Source: Naegleria gruberi
Lineage: Eukaryota
Direction: 5' to 3' (one strand)
Length of the DNA: 64,000 bases
NCBI GenBank assembly: GCA_000004985.1
Contig: GG738862.1
In this document: positions 10,556 through 22,280 of the stretch, one piece after another
Position numbering within the stretch: position 1 is the first letter of the stretch
How the letters are laid out: each line of letters starts with the position of its first letter
The notes under the pieces: model-generated
What the model was told of the DNA's origin: nothing
What the model saw: only the letters and a program-made list of their open reading frames with translations
Database searches by the model: none
Translations under genes and position numbers: made by a program

Positions 10556-12166
10556 ATGCAACAACTTCCCGATGAAATTCTTATGACAATTTTTACCTAT
10601 TTACCAGCCGAAGAAATTGTTGGGTGCATTAGTTTAGTTTCTAAATATTGGTATCAAAATTTGTGTTCAGAAATGGATTTAAAAGTAATCCAAGTAAAAT
10701 CACATCAAATTCCTAGCTTTGTAAAATGTCCCATGCTGAAAAAATTAATCAAGTTACATCTGATTGATGAAATTCATTTAGATCACTTTACATTGATTGG
10801 AAAATGTGAATTTCTTGAAAATCTACAGGTTTTAAAAGGAGACTATATGAATTTTGCAAGTCCTAAAGTGTTGTGTTCTTTAGTTTTCAGCAAATTTGCT
10901 ACAAAGTTGAAGAAAATCAAAAATGAATGGTCCTCTGTTTCATATTATAGCTTTGAATGGGCTGAGCAAATACTTCCAAACATAGCAGAAATTACAGGAA
11001 ATCCATTATGGTATCATGTTTTAGGAATGTGTTCTAACAAATTGAATGGATATTTTAAAGCAAGTGATCTTGGATACATACCTTCTCTGATACATCTTGG
11101 AGAGAAATTTGAAGATGTTGATGTAGAAGAAAGTTTTCATTACTATTTAAAAGCAGCAGAATTGGGTAGCCCTAAAGCTCAATATTTCGTTGGTCGGATG
11201 TATCAAATTGGTGAAGGTGTTAACCAGGATTTGAAGGAAGCATTCCAATGGTATTTAAAATCTGCCAATCAAGGACGTGTAGAATCAATATTTCAAGTTG
11301 CAACTAATTATAGAAAGGGAATTGGAATTGAAAAGTCTTTGTCAAAAGCTGAAGAGTGGTACCGAATTGGGGCTTTGAAAAATCATCCTGCTTGTCAATT
11401 TGGTTTAGGGCAAATTTTATTACTAAATGGATCGAGTACAAATTGTAAACAAGCAGTTTCATTCTTGATGAAATCAGCAGAGCAGGATTGCTTTGGTGCC
11501 ATGCATACTATTGGAAAATTATATGAATACGGGATTGGGCTTGATACGGATTTGGAAAAAGCATTCGAGCAATATTTGAAATGTGCAAAAGAAGGAAAAG
11601 ATTTAGAATCTGAATACCTAGTTGGAAAAATGTTAATTCAAGGAAAGGGAACGAAAAAACATTTCTACAGAGGTTTTAAATACCTTGAAAAAGCAGCAAA
11701 TAGATCCCATAGATTGAGTTGCATACTAGTAGGAATTATTTATCGCTTTGGATTAGGAGTTGATAAGGATGTTGAACAATCCAATGAATTATTACAATCA
11801 TTGGATTTAGATATTGATTTGTTAATTGATCCAACAAAGGTTGAGTCAGATTGTACTTGTAATTTGTGTTTCAATACTAAAATCATTAAGGGGTATTATC
11901 ATGGATGTGAGAATGAACAATGCAACTTTGAAATTTGTACAGATTGTTATGAATCAATCATTGACTTACAATGTCAATCATGTAAAGGAAATTCATTTAA
12001 AAAGAAGAATGCCATGTATGAGCTACTACCAACTCTGAATCAGTTATTGGAAAATTCAGAAGAAACCAAACCAAAGAAAAGAAAGAAGAAAAAAAATGAA
12101 AATCAAGATGGAAGGAAATTATTTACAGAATTCATGAATAAGCTTACAACAGCATTACAACAATGA
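10556..12166 (+). CDS. F-box protein with Sel1-like (SLR) repeats and C-terminal Cys-rich region
   Basis: N-terminal LPDEILMTIFTYLP..LVSKYWY F-box. Multiple repeats of type AQYFVGRMYQIGEGVNQDLKEAFQWYLKSANQG. C-terminus is CxxC-rich. Confidence 0.75.
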   Translation: MQQLPDEILMTIFTYLPAEEIVGCISLVSKYWYQNLCSEMDLKVIQVKSHQIPSFVKCPMLKKLIKLHLIDEIHLDHFTLIGKCEFLENLQVLKGDYMNFASPKVLCSLVFSKFATKLKKIKNEWSSVSYYSFEWAEQILPNIAEITGNPLWYHVLGMCSNKLNGYFKASDLGYIPSLIHLGEKFEDVDVEESFHYYLKAAELGSPKAQYFVGRMYQIGEGVNQDLKEAFQWYLKSANQGRVESIFQVATNYRKGIGIEKSLSKAEEWYRIGALKNHPACQFGLGQILLLNGSSTNCKQAVSFLMKSAEQDCFGAMHTIGKLYEYGIGLDTDLEKAFEQYLKCAKEGKDLESEYLVGKMLIQGKGTKKHFYRGFKYLEKAANRSHRLSCILVGIIYRFGLGVDKDVEQSNELLQSLDLDIDLLIDPTKVESDCTCNLCFNTKIIKGYYHGCENEQCNFEICTDCYESIIDLQCQSCKGNSFKKKNAMYELLPTLNQLLENSEETKPKKRKKKKNENQDGRKLFTEFMNKLTTALQQ

Positions 12167-12566
12167 AACAACTCATCAATGGAAAGCTTTAAATATCCGC
12201 CATAGTACCATCATTAATTTGCAGGAAGCCAAGTACTTCTTCTGTTGGAGATGGACATTGTCTTCCATGGCACTGGTTCCCTTAATATAATCTTTTGCAT
12301 CCATGGAAATGATTACTAAATTGGCGCCCACACCCGAACAAAGAGTCCATGTTAAATCCTTTCATAACAAATTTCATAACATGAAAGAAATGGTTTAACT
12401 ACCAACATTGTTACGAGCACTTATTAATTTCACATGGCTGTCATCGCATTACTCTTAACCAAGTGACACGCGCAGTTTTTAAAAAGACAGAGATGATTCG
12501 AATCTATTGATTTAGTACGCTACGACGTTCCTGTGCTGATACTCAACTTACTCATCACCCAAAAAA

Positions 12567-14436
12567 ATGACAAGTAGAGTTAAACTAGTTTTATTTGCTC
12601 TTTTCTCAATTGCCTTGTTATGTTTGACCATTCAAGGTACTGAAGGAAGAGGCATTGCTAAACGTTTCCAAAGAGCAATTCAGAAAGCTGCTCAAAAAGC
12701 TGCTGCCAGAGTAACCATTAATCATTGTCAAGCTGTTGGTGATCCTCATATCACTGATTTCAGAAGACAATACAAGGTAGGTTTTGAAATTAGACCAATT
12801 AATTGACATGCAATAGGATCATTATGGAGCTGGTGATTATGTTTTAGCCGAAACTGAGGATGGAAATTTTGTTGTACATGGAAGAACCACAAAGTTTAGA
12901 ACTGTCAGTGTTCACACTGGTCTTGCTGCTCTCATCAATAAGGAACGTAGAATTGAGTTTGATCTTGGCACTCGTCAAATTTATATTGATGGTGTTGTTA
13001 CCAATATGAATGTTGGACAAAAGATTCAATTAGATAATGCTGGATCATATGTTCAAAGAACTGGTCCACAAACTTTGGTTATTGCTGGAAAAAGAGGTGA
13101 AAGATGTACATTCTCATGGACATTCGCATGGTTGACACCATATATTGATTTCTACTTGGATGCTCCTTCCAATGTTCCATTCACTGGTGGTGTATGTGCT
13201 GACATGAAGTATTTGACAAGTAGTGCTAGTGGTGTTTTCCGTAATCACATAAAACGTACCATTAATACAGTTGTTCCAAAGAAACCAACACCAGCCAAGA
13301 TTGAAAAGGCCACTAAGAAATGTACTAAAGCTGGTTTGAGTTCTGCACTCCATCCAATGGCTTTCCGTTCATGCATGGAAGATCAAATTCAATTCGGTGG
13401 AAAGGGTGGTGATGCTTTAGCTAAGAATGCTGCCAAGAATCAAAAACATCACGATAAGAATGTCAAGAAGTGGAAGAAACAAGCTGTCAAGAAGGCAATT
13501 GCCAAGGCTGTTAAAAAGGTCATTAAGAAGGCAGTTGCAAAGGCAAGTCCAGAAGAAAAGAAGAAACTCAAAAAGCAATTGAAAAAGGTTGCCAAGAAAG
13601 TTCAAAAGAAGGTTGTTAAAAAGGCTGCCAAGAAGGATGCCAAGAAGAGAGCAAAGAAACTTTCTAAGAAGGCCCAAAAGAAGGCTGCCAAGAAACTTGC
13701 CAAGATTTTGAAGAAATCAGGTAAAAGAAGTAAAAGAAGAGCTGCAAGACGTGCTAAAAGACAAGCTGAAAGAAGAAAGAGATTGGCTAAAAGACGTGCT
13801 GCTAGAAGACAAAGATTGGCTGCTAGAGAAGCTGCTAGAAGAAGAAAAGCTCAAAGACGTGCTGCTAGAAGAGCTGCTAGACGTCTCAGAAGAGCTGCCA
13901 AAAAGAACTCAAAAAGACATTCCAAGAAGGCATCCAAGAGATCTAAGAGGAGAAGACACTCTGGCAAGAAATCCCAAAAGAGAGTCAAGAAAGTTATCAA
14001 GTGTGCTAAAAGAAAGAGAGGTGTTAGAAAGTCTAAACGTTCCACAAGACGTTCTCTAATCAAGAAGGCCAAGAGGGCTGCCAAACGTGCAAAGAAAGCA
14101 TTGTTGAAGAAGAAACGTTCTGCCATTAGATCTCAAAAGAGAGCCATTAGAAGATTAAGAAGAACTGTTAGAAAGTTGAAGAGAAAGTCCAGAAGAGCTC
14201 GTAACATCGTTAAGAAACTCAGAAGACGTGCTGAAAAGACTGGTAAGAAGAGAGCCATTCGTGCTTACAAACTTGCAATTAAGGCTGCAAGAAGAGCCAG
14301 AAGAGCCGCCAGAAGAGCATGTAAAAAAATTAACAAGAAGGCAAGAAAGATCAATAAGCTTGTTAAAAAGATTAAGAAAGCTGCTAAAAAAGCTGCCAAA
14401 AAGGCTGAAAAGAAGGTTTTGAAGAAGAATAAATAA
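12567..14436 (+). CDS. Secreted protein: signal peptide, VWD-like N-domain (..CQAVGDPHITDF..), then about 330-aa polybasic K/R/A tail; exons 12567..12776, 12817..14436
   Basis: Hydrophobic N-terminus MTSRVKLVLFALFSIALLCLTIQG. A 40-nt GTAGGT..ATAG intron joins the two ORFs in frame. The C-terminal half is almost entirely K, R and A (AKKAAKK / RRAARR repeats). Confidence 0.7.
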
Positions 14437-14508
14437 ATCTAAACCGTTGGTGTCACCTGGAATAAGGAATATCACATTGCGCCTAAATAGGATAATTTTG
14501 GGTGTAAA

Positions 14509-14582
14509 GCCTTCCTAGCTCAGTTGGCAGTAGCGCTGTCCTAGTAAGACAGAGGTCTTGGGTTCGATTCCCAAGGGAGGCA
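14509..14582 (+). tRNA. tRNA-Thr (anticodon AGT)
   Basis: Cloverleaf by hand. Acceptor GCCTTCC/GGGAGGC, anticodon loop CTAGTAA, T-arm TTGGGTTCGATTCCCAA. Confidence 0.85.
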
Positions 14583-15031
14583 TTCTTTTACACTCTCAAT
14601 TTGCATTTTTTTTTATTTCTTATCTGTTCTTTATTTTGAATTACGGATCTTAGTATTGGTTCTTCAAAGTTAACATACGTTTAGGTTCAAACTAGTGTAA
14701 TCAGAGAAATGACTTGGAATCTATCTTTGACCTTCCAATAAATATTGTAAACATCTTAAATACGTCCGTTTAATGCAGCCGACCCAAATAGTTCCAGTGA
14801 GGCGCATCAATTCAATACGCACATGCGTCATTAAATAAGCAACCAACACAAAAAAAATAACAAAATTCTCCTCTTCTTCAGCTGAGCTTTGTTATTTTCT
14901 CACTCATATTTCAACCACTGCAGTAAATATCAAGAGAGAGTTTCATCACAATTTTCAATTTTATTTGCATTATTTAATATTATCCGTATTCCATATTGTT
15001 ACTAAATATAAAATACAATACATAATTGAAA

Positions 15032-16742
15032 ATGGGTAATGTCATTGCTGATCAAGTGATGGAATCAAGTAATGGACTTTTTGGATGGAGTTCGGGAAGC
15101 CTTCTTGTGGCAGTACTTGTATTGTTTGCATTGTACAAGTTTATAGTGGCTAGTTATGGAGTCTATTCACAAGCAAACAAACTAAAGATGATTCCTGGAG
15201 TGAGCCAATACTTCTTTTCTCCTTTTTATATTCCATTCTTTGCTCCGTATGCATATATGGGTAATTCAAAACATGTGCCAGAATTTATTGAAAAGTATGG
15301 TGATAAGAATAAGACTTTCAGACTTTCATTTATTGACCGTTCAGCACTTTGGATAAGTGATCCAAAATTATTGAAAGAGTTCTTTATTACAAAGGCAACC
15401 CATTTTGACAAACCAAAGTTTGTTTATGAAATGATGAATATCTTTGGAGAGAATATTTTGACAGCTATGAATAACGATACATGGAAGAAGCATTTCAGGA
15501 TTTGCAGTCCTGCTTTTGTCCCAAAGAACTTGGAATATACTTGCAGAGTTGCCACAAAAACTTGTGATTTAATGTTCAAGAATTGGAATAGAAAAATTGA
15601 AAAGAATGGAAACATGCAATTAACTGTTGGCGATTATTCTGATATTACACTTGGTAAGTTTCAGTTGACGACTCAATCAATATTTAGAGAGAAAATATAG
15701 ACATTTTAGGAAAAGCTGGATTCAATATTGATTTTGGTATCTTTTCTGATAATGCTGAAGGTAGAAAATTCAGAGAGTCTATGGATTTAATGATGGCTAA
15801 GGGTCTTTTGATGAGAAGATTTTTGAAAGCTGATTCATTTTTATATAATTTAATTGGAAAATTCACTGGAGTTATTGAGGCTATTGAATATTGTGGAAAT
15901 ACTCTCGATAAAATTATCAATGAAAGAAGAGAAGCTGTCAAGCAGCGTATCAGTGGAGCTAATGATGATGAATATAGTGATATTTTGAGTTTGCTTGTAG
16001 AAGCCAACGTACTTGAGAACTTATTAACAGATGGTGAAGTTAAGAGTAATTCGATGATAATGGTGCTTGCTGGCCATGAAACGACGTCAACTTGTAAGTT
16101 TGATTGCATGATAATGTATCTCATCTCATCCTAATAGTGATGCAATGGGTTTCTTATGAAATTTCAAAGAAGCCAGAAATTCAAGACAAGTTATTTAAGG
16201 AAGTTACTGAGGTTTTGAATGGAAGAGATCCAACCTATGAGGATGTCGAAAAGTTGCACTATGTTAATGCTGTTTTGATGGAAACTCTTCGTTACAGACC
16301 TCCAGTTTCTGCAATTATTCGTCAAGCAAACAGAAACACTACTCTTGGAGATTATCCAATTCCAAAAGGAACTACCATCAACCCAATGTTCCAATATCTT
16401 CACAAGAGACCAGACATTTGGACTGAACCAAACTCTTATATGCCAGAAAGATTTGTTGACCCACAATTCAGAGAGGAATCTCAACATAATTTAACATTCT
16501 TGGCTTTCAGTTTTGGTAATAGGTAAGTATTGATGATATTTCAATTTGTAATATTAACAATATTAAGACAATGTATTGGTAAGAAGTTTAGTTTGTTGGA
16601 GGCTTGTATGATTTTGGCTAAACTTATTCAAAACTACAAGTTTAGATTGTTGAATGATGAAACTGTTGATCCAGTTGTTAGTCATATCAGAGTTGTAAAT
16701 AGACCTTCCAAAAATATGAAAATTGAAATTACAAGAAGATAA
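15032..16742 (+). CDS. Cytochrome P450; exons 15032..15653, 15710..16093, 16138..16522, 16568..16742
   Basis: N-terminal TM anchor, I-helix AGHETTS, ETLR, PERF, and heme loop FSFGNRQCIG split by a 45-nt GTAAGT..AG intron. All three introns are 44-56 nt and keep the frame. Confidence 0.85.
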
Positions 16743-16877
16743 ATTGTATTAATTCTAATAAACAAATATTGTACATAGTTATTTTACAAGATTTACAATG
16801 ATTTTTGAAATATCTACAAATCTTTCACCCATGAAGTGCGAATATCTTCAGCATTATCAACCCAAAATCTAATTCCA

Positions 16878-17492
16878 TTAAATATTCAAAATACAGACAA
16901 AATAAACATACTGTTCAACTCCTTCAATAATAAATCCATTCTCGTTATTTTTCTCAATATTATGTTCGATAATCTCTTTAAAATTCTTCGACGAATTAAG
17001 GTACCCTTCTGAGAGTAATGAATCGAATTGATCAATCGAATTTTTAAATGCACTATCTGAAAATAATGTCTTTTTAGCAATGCCATTCTCATCCATATCG
17101 TACTTTTCAATCAAGAATTTTGATAATTTCTTTTGATTCTCCTCACTCAAAGAATTGTACACTTCATACGAAAATATTTTCTAGTAGTTCCACAATGATG
17201 TTGAAAAATGGTAAATCTTTCCTCAACAACCTACATTCAAATCCAATCTAGTCAACACTGAATTTTTAAAAAACAATCTATTTATCTGATTTCTATTAAA
17301 TTTTCAATATAGATCTTCATGCATGTATTAAACTTACGAATATTCCGATTTTTTCCTTGATGATCCCGATGATGATGTTGATGAGGAGCCAACTTCACTT
17401 GTACTATCAATAGTAGTTGTTGCTTCATCATCAGAGGAAGAATTTGGTTCTACTTTTTTCCGAGTTTGTGATCGTGTTCGCTTTTTCGTCAT
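16878..17492 (-). CDS. Hypothetical protein, 3 exons (17338..17492, 17235..17292, 16878..17180); basic Ser-rich N-terminus
   Basis: Exon 1 MTKKRTRSQTRKK..KSEY ends at GTAAGT. A 45-nt intron ends TAATAG. The 58-nt exon 2 ends at GTAGGT. A 54-nt intron ends CTAG. Exon 3 is the long ORF. Phases are consistent. Confidence 0.55.
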
Positions 17493-17648
17493 TTTTTTTA
17501 ATTTTTACTTTTTTAAAAACCAGCAAAATATGGAATTATCAAAGTCTATTACTTTTTGTAAATTAAATGTATAATACTAGATATTAATACTTTCAAAAGT
17601 TTAGAGTTCGTTGTGAAATTGAATTATTTTTTAAATTTTCAAAAAAAA

Positions 17649-18551
17649 ATGGACGAATCAAACTCTGTTTCTCTCACGCTTACTGATCTTCATCCAATTT
17701 CCAATTTATTCACAAAATTAAAGCAAAAACTTTCCCATCAACCAATCGTGCCATTTTCTCTCCAAAATTTCAAAGTTGTTGACTCCATTTCTTCCGATTC
17801 TTTTAATTTGTCAATTTGTTATGAATTTAATTATCTGGTCACTGGTTGTGATAATCACATTGCAATTTATGATTTACTCACTCATAAACCAATATTTGAG
17901 AGAATTGAATGTGAATGTGGAGTTTATGGAATTGATTTGGAAAGAGAACATTCAGGAAAGTGGAATTTGATTATTTCCTCTCGAAATAATCAAGTTTTAA
18001 AGTTTGATTTTAGCAAGATTTTGAGTGAAAAGAGAATTGGAGAACCAATTTATAAGATTGAAAGGGAATTTGATCATGTTTGGGCTGTCAGATGTTTTAA
18101 AACTGAGCTTTATGTGGTTGATTATCAATCAAAAGTTTTTGTATTCGATTTGAAAACAGGAGTGGAACGTACAGATATTATAGTTGATTTGAAGGAGGGA
18201 ATGGTTGACCTGATTTTTACACCAAATGAGGAAATGATTGTTTGTGGATTGGATGTATTTCACATTCTCAAATTTAATTCACAATTTTCTACTTGGGAGA
18301 TCATTAAAACCTATTCGAATGATACTCAATTGGTACAAGTTAAGGATTGCTATTGTGTTTGGTATGAAAGAAAGACAAAACTAATCTACATCTCAGATGG
18401 ATGTGGGAAAATGTTCATTTTCGATAGAGAATTCAATCTCCTCAGGGAAATCACTTCTCTTGAATCTCCTTATGGGATTGTAATTAATGAGCAAAATGGA
18501 GAAATGTTCGTTTGTGAAACAACTTCACAAAAAATAACAATTTACAAGTAA
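17649..18551 (+). CDS. Hypothetical beta-propeller-like protein (NHL/SMP30-like repeats suggested)
   Basis: Intact 300-aa ORF with repeated aromatic/hydrophobic blade-like segments (..YGIVINEQNGEMFVCETTSQKITIY). Confidence 0.45.
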   Translation: MDESNSVSLTLTDLHPISNLFTKLKQKLSHQPIVPFSLQNFKVVDSISSDSFNLSICYEFNYLVTGCDNHIAIYDLLTHKPIFERIECECGVYGIDLEREHSGKWNLIISSRNNQVLKFDFSKILSEKRIGEPIYKIEREFDHVWAVRCFKTELYVVDYQSKVFVFDLKTGVERTDIIVDLKEGMVDLIFTPNEEMIVCGLDVFHILKFNSQFSTWEIIKTYSNDTQLVQVKDCYCVWYERKTKLIYISDGCGKMFIFDREFNLLREITSLESPYGIVINEQNGEMFVCETTSQKITIYK

Positions 18552-18624
18552 AATTAATTTAGTTTATAGATTTCAATACATGAAGTATACTTGTGCTATG
18601 TAGATCATGAATGAATGAAACAAT

Positions 18625-19416
18625 TTATTTAAAGTTTACAGTGTGGAATCTTAGTGTTTTTTTGCCGCCATTTCCAACAACTGGTGGCAAGACTAATTCT
18701 TCTGGTGGTTTATCGATGGAACTGCAAATGTTTTCTAACCAACCCTTTCGTTTGGCATTTGACTTTTTCTTTGAGTTGCTACCTGTTGGAGTGGTTGGAG
18801 TATTAGAATTGCTAGAGGATACACTGGAAGAAACTCCAGCAGACGAAACTGTGATTGAATGATTAATTGCAAAAGTATTGTCCTTCTTTCTCTTCTTCGA
18901 TTGGTCGTAGAATTCGTTCGAGCTGGAAATTTCCTTTCGTTTCTTTTTAGTTTCTTCCTGTTGAGGAGGTTGAGGATTTGGTTGAGCTGCGAAAATGAGA
19001 TTTGCAAAAGGTTGTTCGATAATTGCAGCAATTGTGGATTGTAATTGCTCTTCAAAGAGTGGAGTCATGGTTTCGCCTACTAGCAAAGGATTCATCAATG
19101 AATTGTTGCTATTCGAAAGTAAACACTGTTCTGCAACATTTTCATTGGATGAAATTAATTCAGAATGTAAATCTACATTATTGAGGGTTATACTACTAGT
19201 ACTACTATCGGTTTGTTGTTGAATCGGAATTGGAGAAAAGACGCTGGATTGGTTTTCAAAATACTCTACATTACTAGACGAAACTATTGACGAATCAAAA
19301 CTAAAGGATGGTTCTTGATTAAACAAAAGAAAGACTTCATTGTTTTGAGGGAATAGACTGTTCAATTCACTTTCCCAATTGTCTTCCAAAATAAAGTCGG
19401 CAAGAGTCGAATCCAT
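18625..19416 (-). CDS. Ser-rich acidic/basic hypothetical protein, possible nuclear factor
   Basis: 263-aa ORF with an acidic N-terminus, a poly-Ser middle, and a basic C-terminus KKKRK..KRKGW. Confidence 0.45.
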   Translation of the reverse strand: MDSTLADFILEDNWESELNSLFPQNNEVFLLFNQEPSFSFDSSIVSSSNVEYFENQSSVFSPIPIQQQTDSSTSSITLNNVDLHSELISSNENVAEQCLLSNSNNSLMNPLLVGETMTPLFEEQLQSTIAAIIEQPFANLIFAAQPNPQPPQQEETKKKRKEISSSNEFYDQSKKRKKDNTFAINHSITVSSAGVSSSVSSSNSNTPTTPTGSNSKKKSNAKRKGWLENICSSIDKPPEELVLPPVVGNGGKKTLRFHTVNFK

Positions 19417-19877
19417 TTGTTTTTTTGTTTTGTTTGTAATAACAATTCCTTATTGATTCGTTTTGTTTCAGAACGAAAGTACTAAAAGAGCCTAACGACA
19501 AGTTGACGTTTAACCTTAGAAATATGGCTACATTCCAATTATATGCCAAATCTGTCGGTTGGTTTGAAAAACTCTAGACAAACCGAATAGTTTGCTCTTG
19601 TAATCTCGTTTCAAATATTTTGTATTCTATTCAAAGGGTTGTACACCTTGTTGAACTTGTTTCAGCAAGGTTCCATTTAAGGAATGTAAGACACTTTTGG
19701 ATCATGTGAGCTGCCATCTTCGCAAGATTGCGAAAGATTTTCCCATCACTGTCAATTATTACAAAACTCTTTACAACATTGTAAATATTGGTAATTTAAG
19801 AAAGAGATTCGAATTAGCAACTGTCATATTAGTAATTTGACAAAACAATGACAGAAACCAATCGAGCCAATGAATAT

Positions 19878-21818
19878 TTATTTTGAATTATGATAAAAGT
19901 AGAGTTTCAGATTATGATTTTTAAATATTCTAATGATGGCATCAAGTGAACCAGATTCCAATACAACTGGATCATATCTCACTCTGATAATACGAAGTTT
20001 TTCGAATGATGTATTCTGAATCAAAGCTTGTGCACTTTCTGCATCATAAATGGTGACATCCAACCTGGTTACCTTATTCATTGGAGCAGAATACATTGCT
20101 CGAGCCAATGATGTAATAGGAGTGTTCAAAATAATTTCCTTAATATTTGAAAAGTCTGAATCCATAGTGATTGACATTGTCTTGTAATTTTCAATGGTTG
20201 TCTTTGGTATAATATGTAAGGTCAATTTGTCTAGATTTTCAAATGCTGTACCAACTCCAATATCAGTATTAATTAATTTTCCAATAGACCATTTCAAGGA
20301 TAATCTCTTCAAGTGTGTATATGGATAAATTAATAAGTGTTCAATATCATCCACATAAGTACATTGATTAATTTCAAGGAACTCGAGTTGTGGAAATTTC
20401 TCTGGAATCGATACAAGTTCTTCTTGACAGTTTGCGTGTATGTGACGAATGGCTAACGTTTTCAAACCGGATATAGTCAAGTTGTTGTCTAACTCTTGAA
20501 AAACTTCTGGGCTATCTACCCTATCAATATACAGATATTGTAATTTTTCCATCTTCATCTTGAACAATTGTACAAGAAATGCATCACCAAAACCTCCAAT
20601 ATTTAGATAGACAAGGTTGGATTCTTTACCTATAGTAGTGGTAGTATCAGCAAGTGTGATAACTTGAGAAGGGCTTGCTTTCAAACGTAGGTGAGTGAGT
20701 TGAATAAATTTCGAGTTTGAAAAAATGGCAGTAACTATGGATGAAATTTGAGCTACTGGTATAGTGGTAAATTTCAAATCCAATTTTGTAAGTGAAAATA
20801 TTTCAAAGGATGAAGGAAAAGGACCAAGCTTTGTAGATATATTTTCCAATTTCAATTCTGTCAATCTCTCTTTAACAGAAAGAAGAGATTTATATACCGT
20901 ACGTCCAATATTGTTCACAGATACTACTCTTAAATTGTACAAGTATGGATTATTGATGGCATATTTGAGATCTGCTGTTTTTCCAGGAGAAAATGAACAA
21001 TCGTCAATTACAATAGTCTTCAATTTGCTCAAATTTGTGTTATGTACATCAGGTCCAAGAACTGTACAATTCAAATGTCTTATTCTCAAATGAGTCAAAT
21101 TAACACATGCTTTGAATATCCATTGCCATGCTTTAGGTTTCAAATTTGCACGAACATCCAAACAGGCAAGATTCTTAAAGCATGGACTACCAATAAACTT
21201 TTTCAGAACAGTACTCTTGATCGTTTCTTTAATGTAGGCCATAGTCACTCCACATTGTGCTTGTTTCCACTCAGACGAAACACTCATCAAGCGAATGGTT
21301 TGAAAATAGGGTAAATATTGCATAATCTTGGAAACTACATCCGAACAGAATACATTACTACTTTCATTACTGGCATAGAAAGGTGAACCGGAAGTGTTGC
21401 CATCAGAAACCATTGCTTCTTGATCAAATTCTTCAAATTTAATCTTTTTTCGTGATGGTTCGAATTCTTGTTGATGATGATAAACATTGATCACTTCGGA
21501 ATCTGCTTCTTCGTCGTCTATTGTATCCAATTCAATGAATTCTTCATCGTCATCATCGTCAACATTAATTACTTGATGACTTCTCTTTCTGGCTCCATCG
21601 TTGGTTCTGACCATAGTGTTTTTGCTTTTTTTTTTTTGCTTTTGTGTAAATTGGAATGTTTGTTTGCTTCTGGAAATAGAAATTGTTAAAACAAGTTTAT
21701 TGGTTGGAGAACAATTCTTCTTGTCCATGTTAAAAATGGTGAAATGCACTGACTGGGTGTGATTGTTATTCACATAATTGTTTAACAATGTTTGATATAT
21801 TTCTTCATTGATTGTCAA
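19878..21818 (-). CDS. F-box / leucine-rich-repeat protein (start possibly at Met 21614)
   Basis: F-box-like VVSKIMQYLPYFQTIRLMSVSSEWK followed by many LRR units (LxxLxLxxC..). Acidic D/E stretch upstream. Confidence 0.7.
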   Translation of the reverse strand: MTINEEIYQTLLNNYVNNNHTQSVHFTIFNMDKKNCSPTNKLVLTISISRSKQTFQFTQKQKKKSKNTMVRTNDGARKRSHQVINVDDDDDEEFIELDTIDDEEADSEVINVYHHQQEFEPSRKKIKFEEFDQEAMVSDGNTSGSPFYASNESSNVFCSDVVSKIMQYLPYFQTIRLMSVSSEWKQAQCGVTMAYIKETIKSTVLKKFIGSPCFKNLACLDVRANLKPKAWQWIFKACVNLTHLRIRHLNCTVLGPDVHNTNLSKLKTIVIDDCSFSPGKTADLKYAINNPYLYNLRVVSVNNIGRTVYKSLLSVKERLTELKLENISTKLGPFPSSFEIFSLTKLDLKFTTIPVAQISSIVTAIFSNSKFIQLTHLRLKASPSQVITLADTTTTIGKESNLVYLNIGGFGDAFLVQLFKMKMEKLQYLYIDRVDSPEVFQELDNNLTISGLKTLAIRHIHANCQEELVSIPEKFPQLEFLEINQCTYVDDIEHLLIYPYTHLKRLSLKWSIGKLINTDIGVGTAFENLDKLTLHIIPKTTIENYKTMSITMDSDFSNIKEIILNTPITSLARAMYSAPMNKVTRLDVTIYDAESAQALIQNTSFEKLRIIRVRYDPVVLESGSLDAIIRIFKNHNLKLYFYHNSK

Positions 21819-22195
21819 AACAACAGTGACAGAACTAAACTTGGTCTAAGTTATTTGAACAAAACTTCACACATATTTCATTCGATAAGTTTCTTCAATT
21901 TTAAAGGTAATTGGAAAGAACATGCAAAGTCATTGAAGTTACGTTTGGAATATATTTCAACAAGCTCTTTGTTTTCTAATTCCACAAATTAGATTATATT
22001 TAGTTTATACCAACATACATGGTTCTCCACAAGTGTCAATTCACTCAGAATAGAATCGACAGTTTGGAATTTACTAAAACAGAATGAGATGTAACATTTT
22101 ACTGTAAATTGAATTCAAGTTGAGGTCAAGGAACATTGAACAATGGTACTAAGACATGAGGTGCATCTCTGTAAGACAAACTCTATTCTAAACTC

Positions 22196-22202
22196 TATAA
22201 AT
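22196..22202 (+). promoter_or_regulatory. TATA box (TATAAAT) about 80 nt upstream of actin ATG
   Basis: Consensus TATAAAT at 22196, at a promoter-typical distance from the actin start. Confidence 0.3.
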
Positions 22203-22280
22203 CCAGGGCTATAGTTGAGCTATTTTCTAAACAAATTCAAAACAAAAGACTCAAAAACACAAGTAAATACTAAAAACAAA

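Noticed and set aside
13417-14475. Antisense and alternate-frame ORFs (13417..13677-, 13751..14059+, 13851..14126-, 14155..14475-, 14228..14422+)
   Set aside because: They lie entirely within the low-complexity K/R/A-coding tail of the 12567..14436 gene. Open frames are expected in such biased sequence.
18611-19222. ORFs 18611..18862+, 18735..19055-, 18859..19044+ and 18995..19222+
   Set aside because: They overlap the 263-aa minus-strand ORF 18625..19416 in other frames or on the other strand. That ORF has a coherent start and C-terminal basic region.
20764-21689. Plus-strand ORFs inside the F-box/LRR gene region
   Set aside because: Antisense to the long minus-strand LRR ORF.
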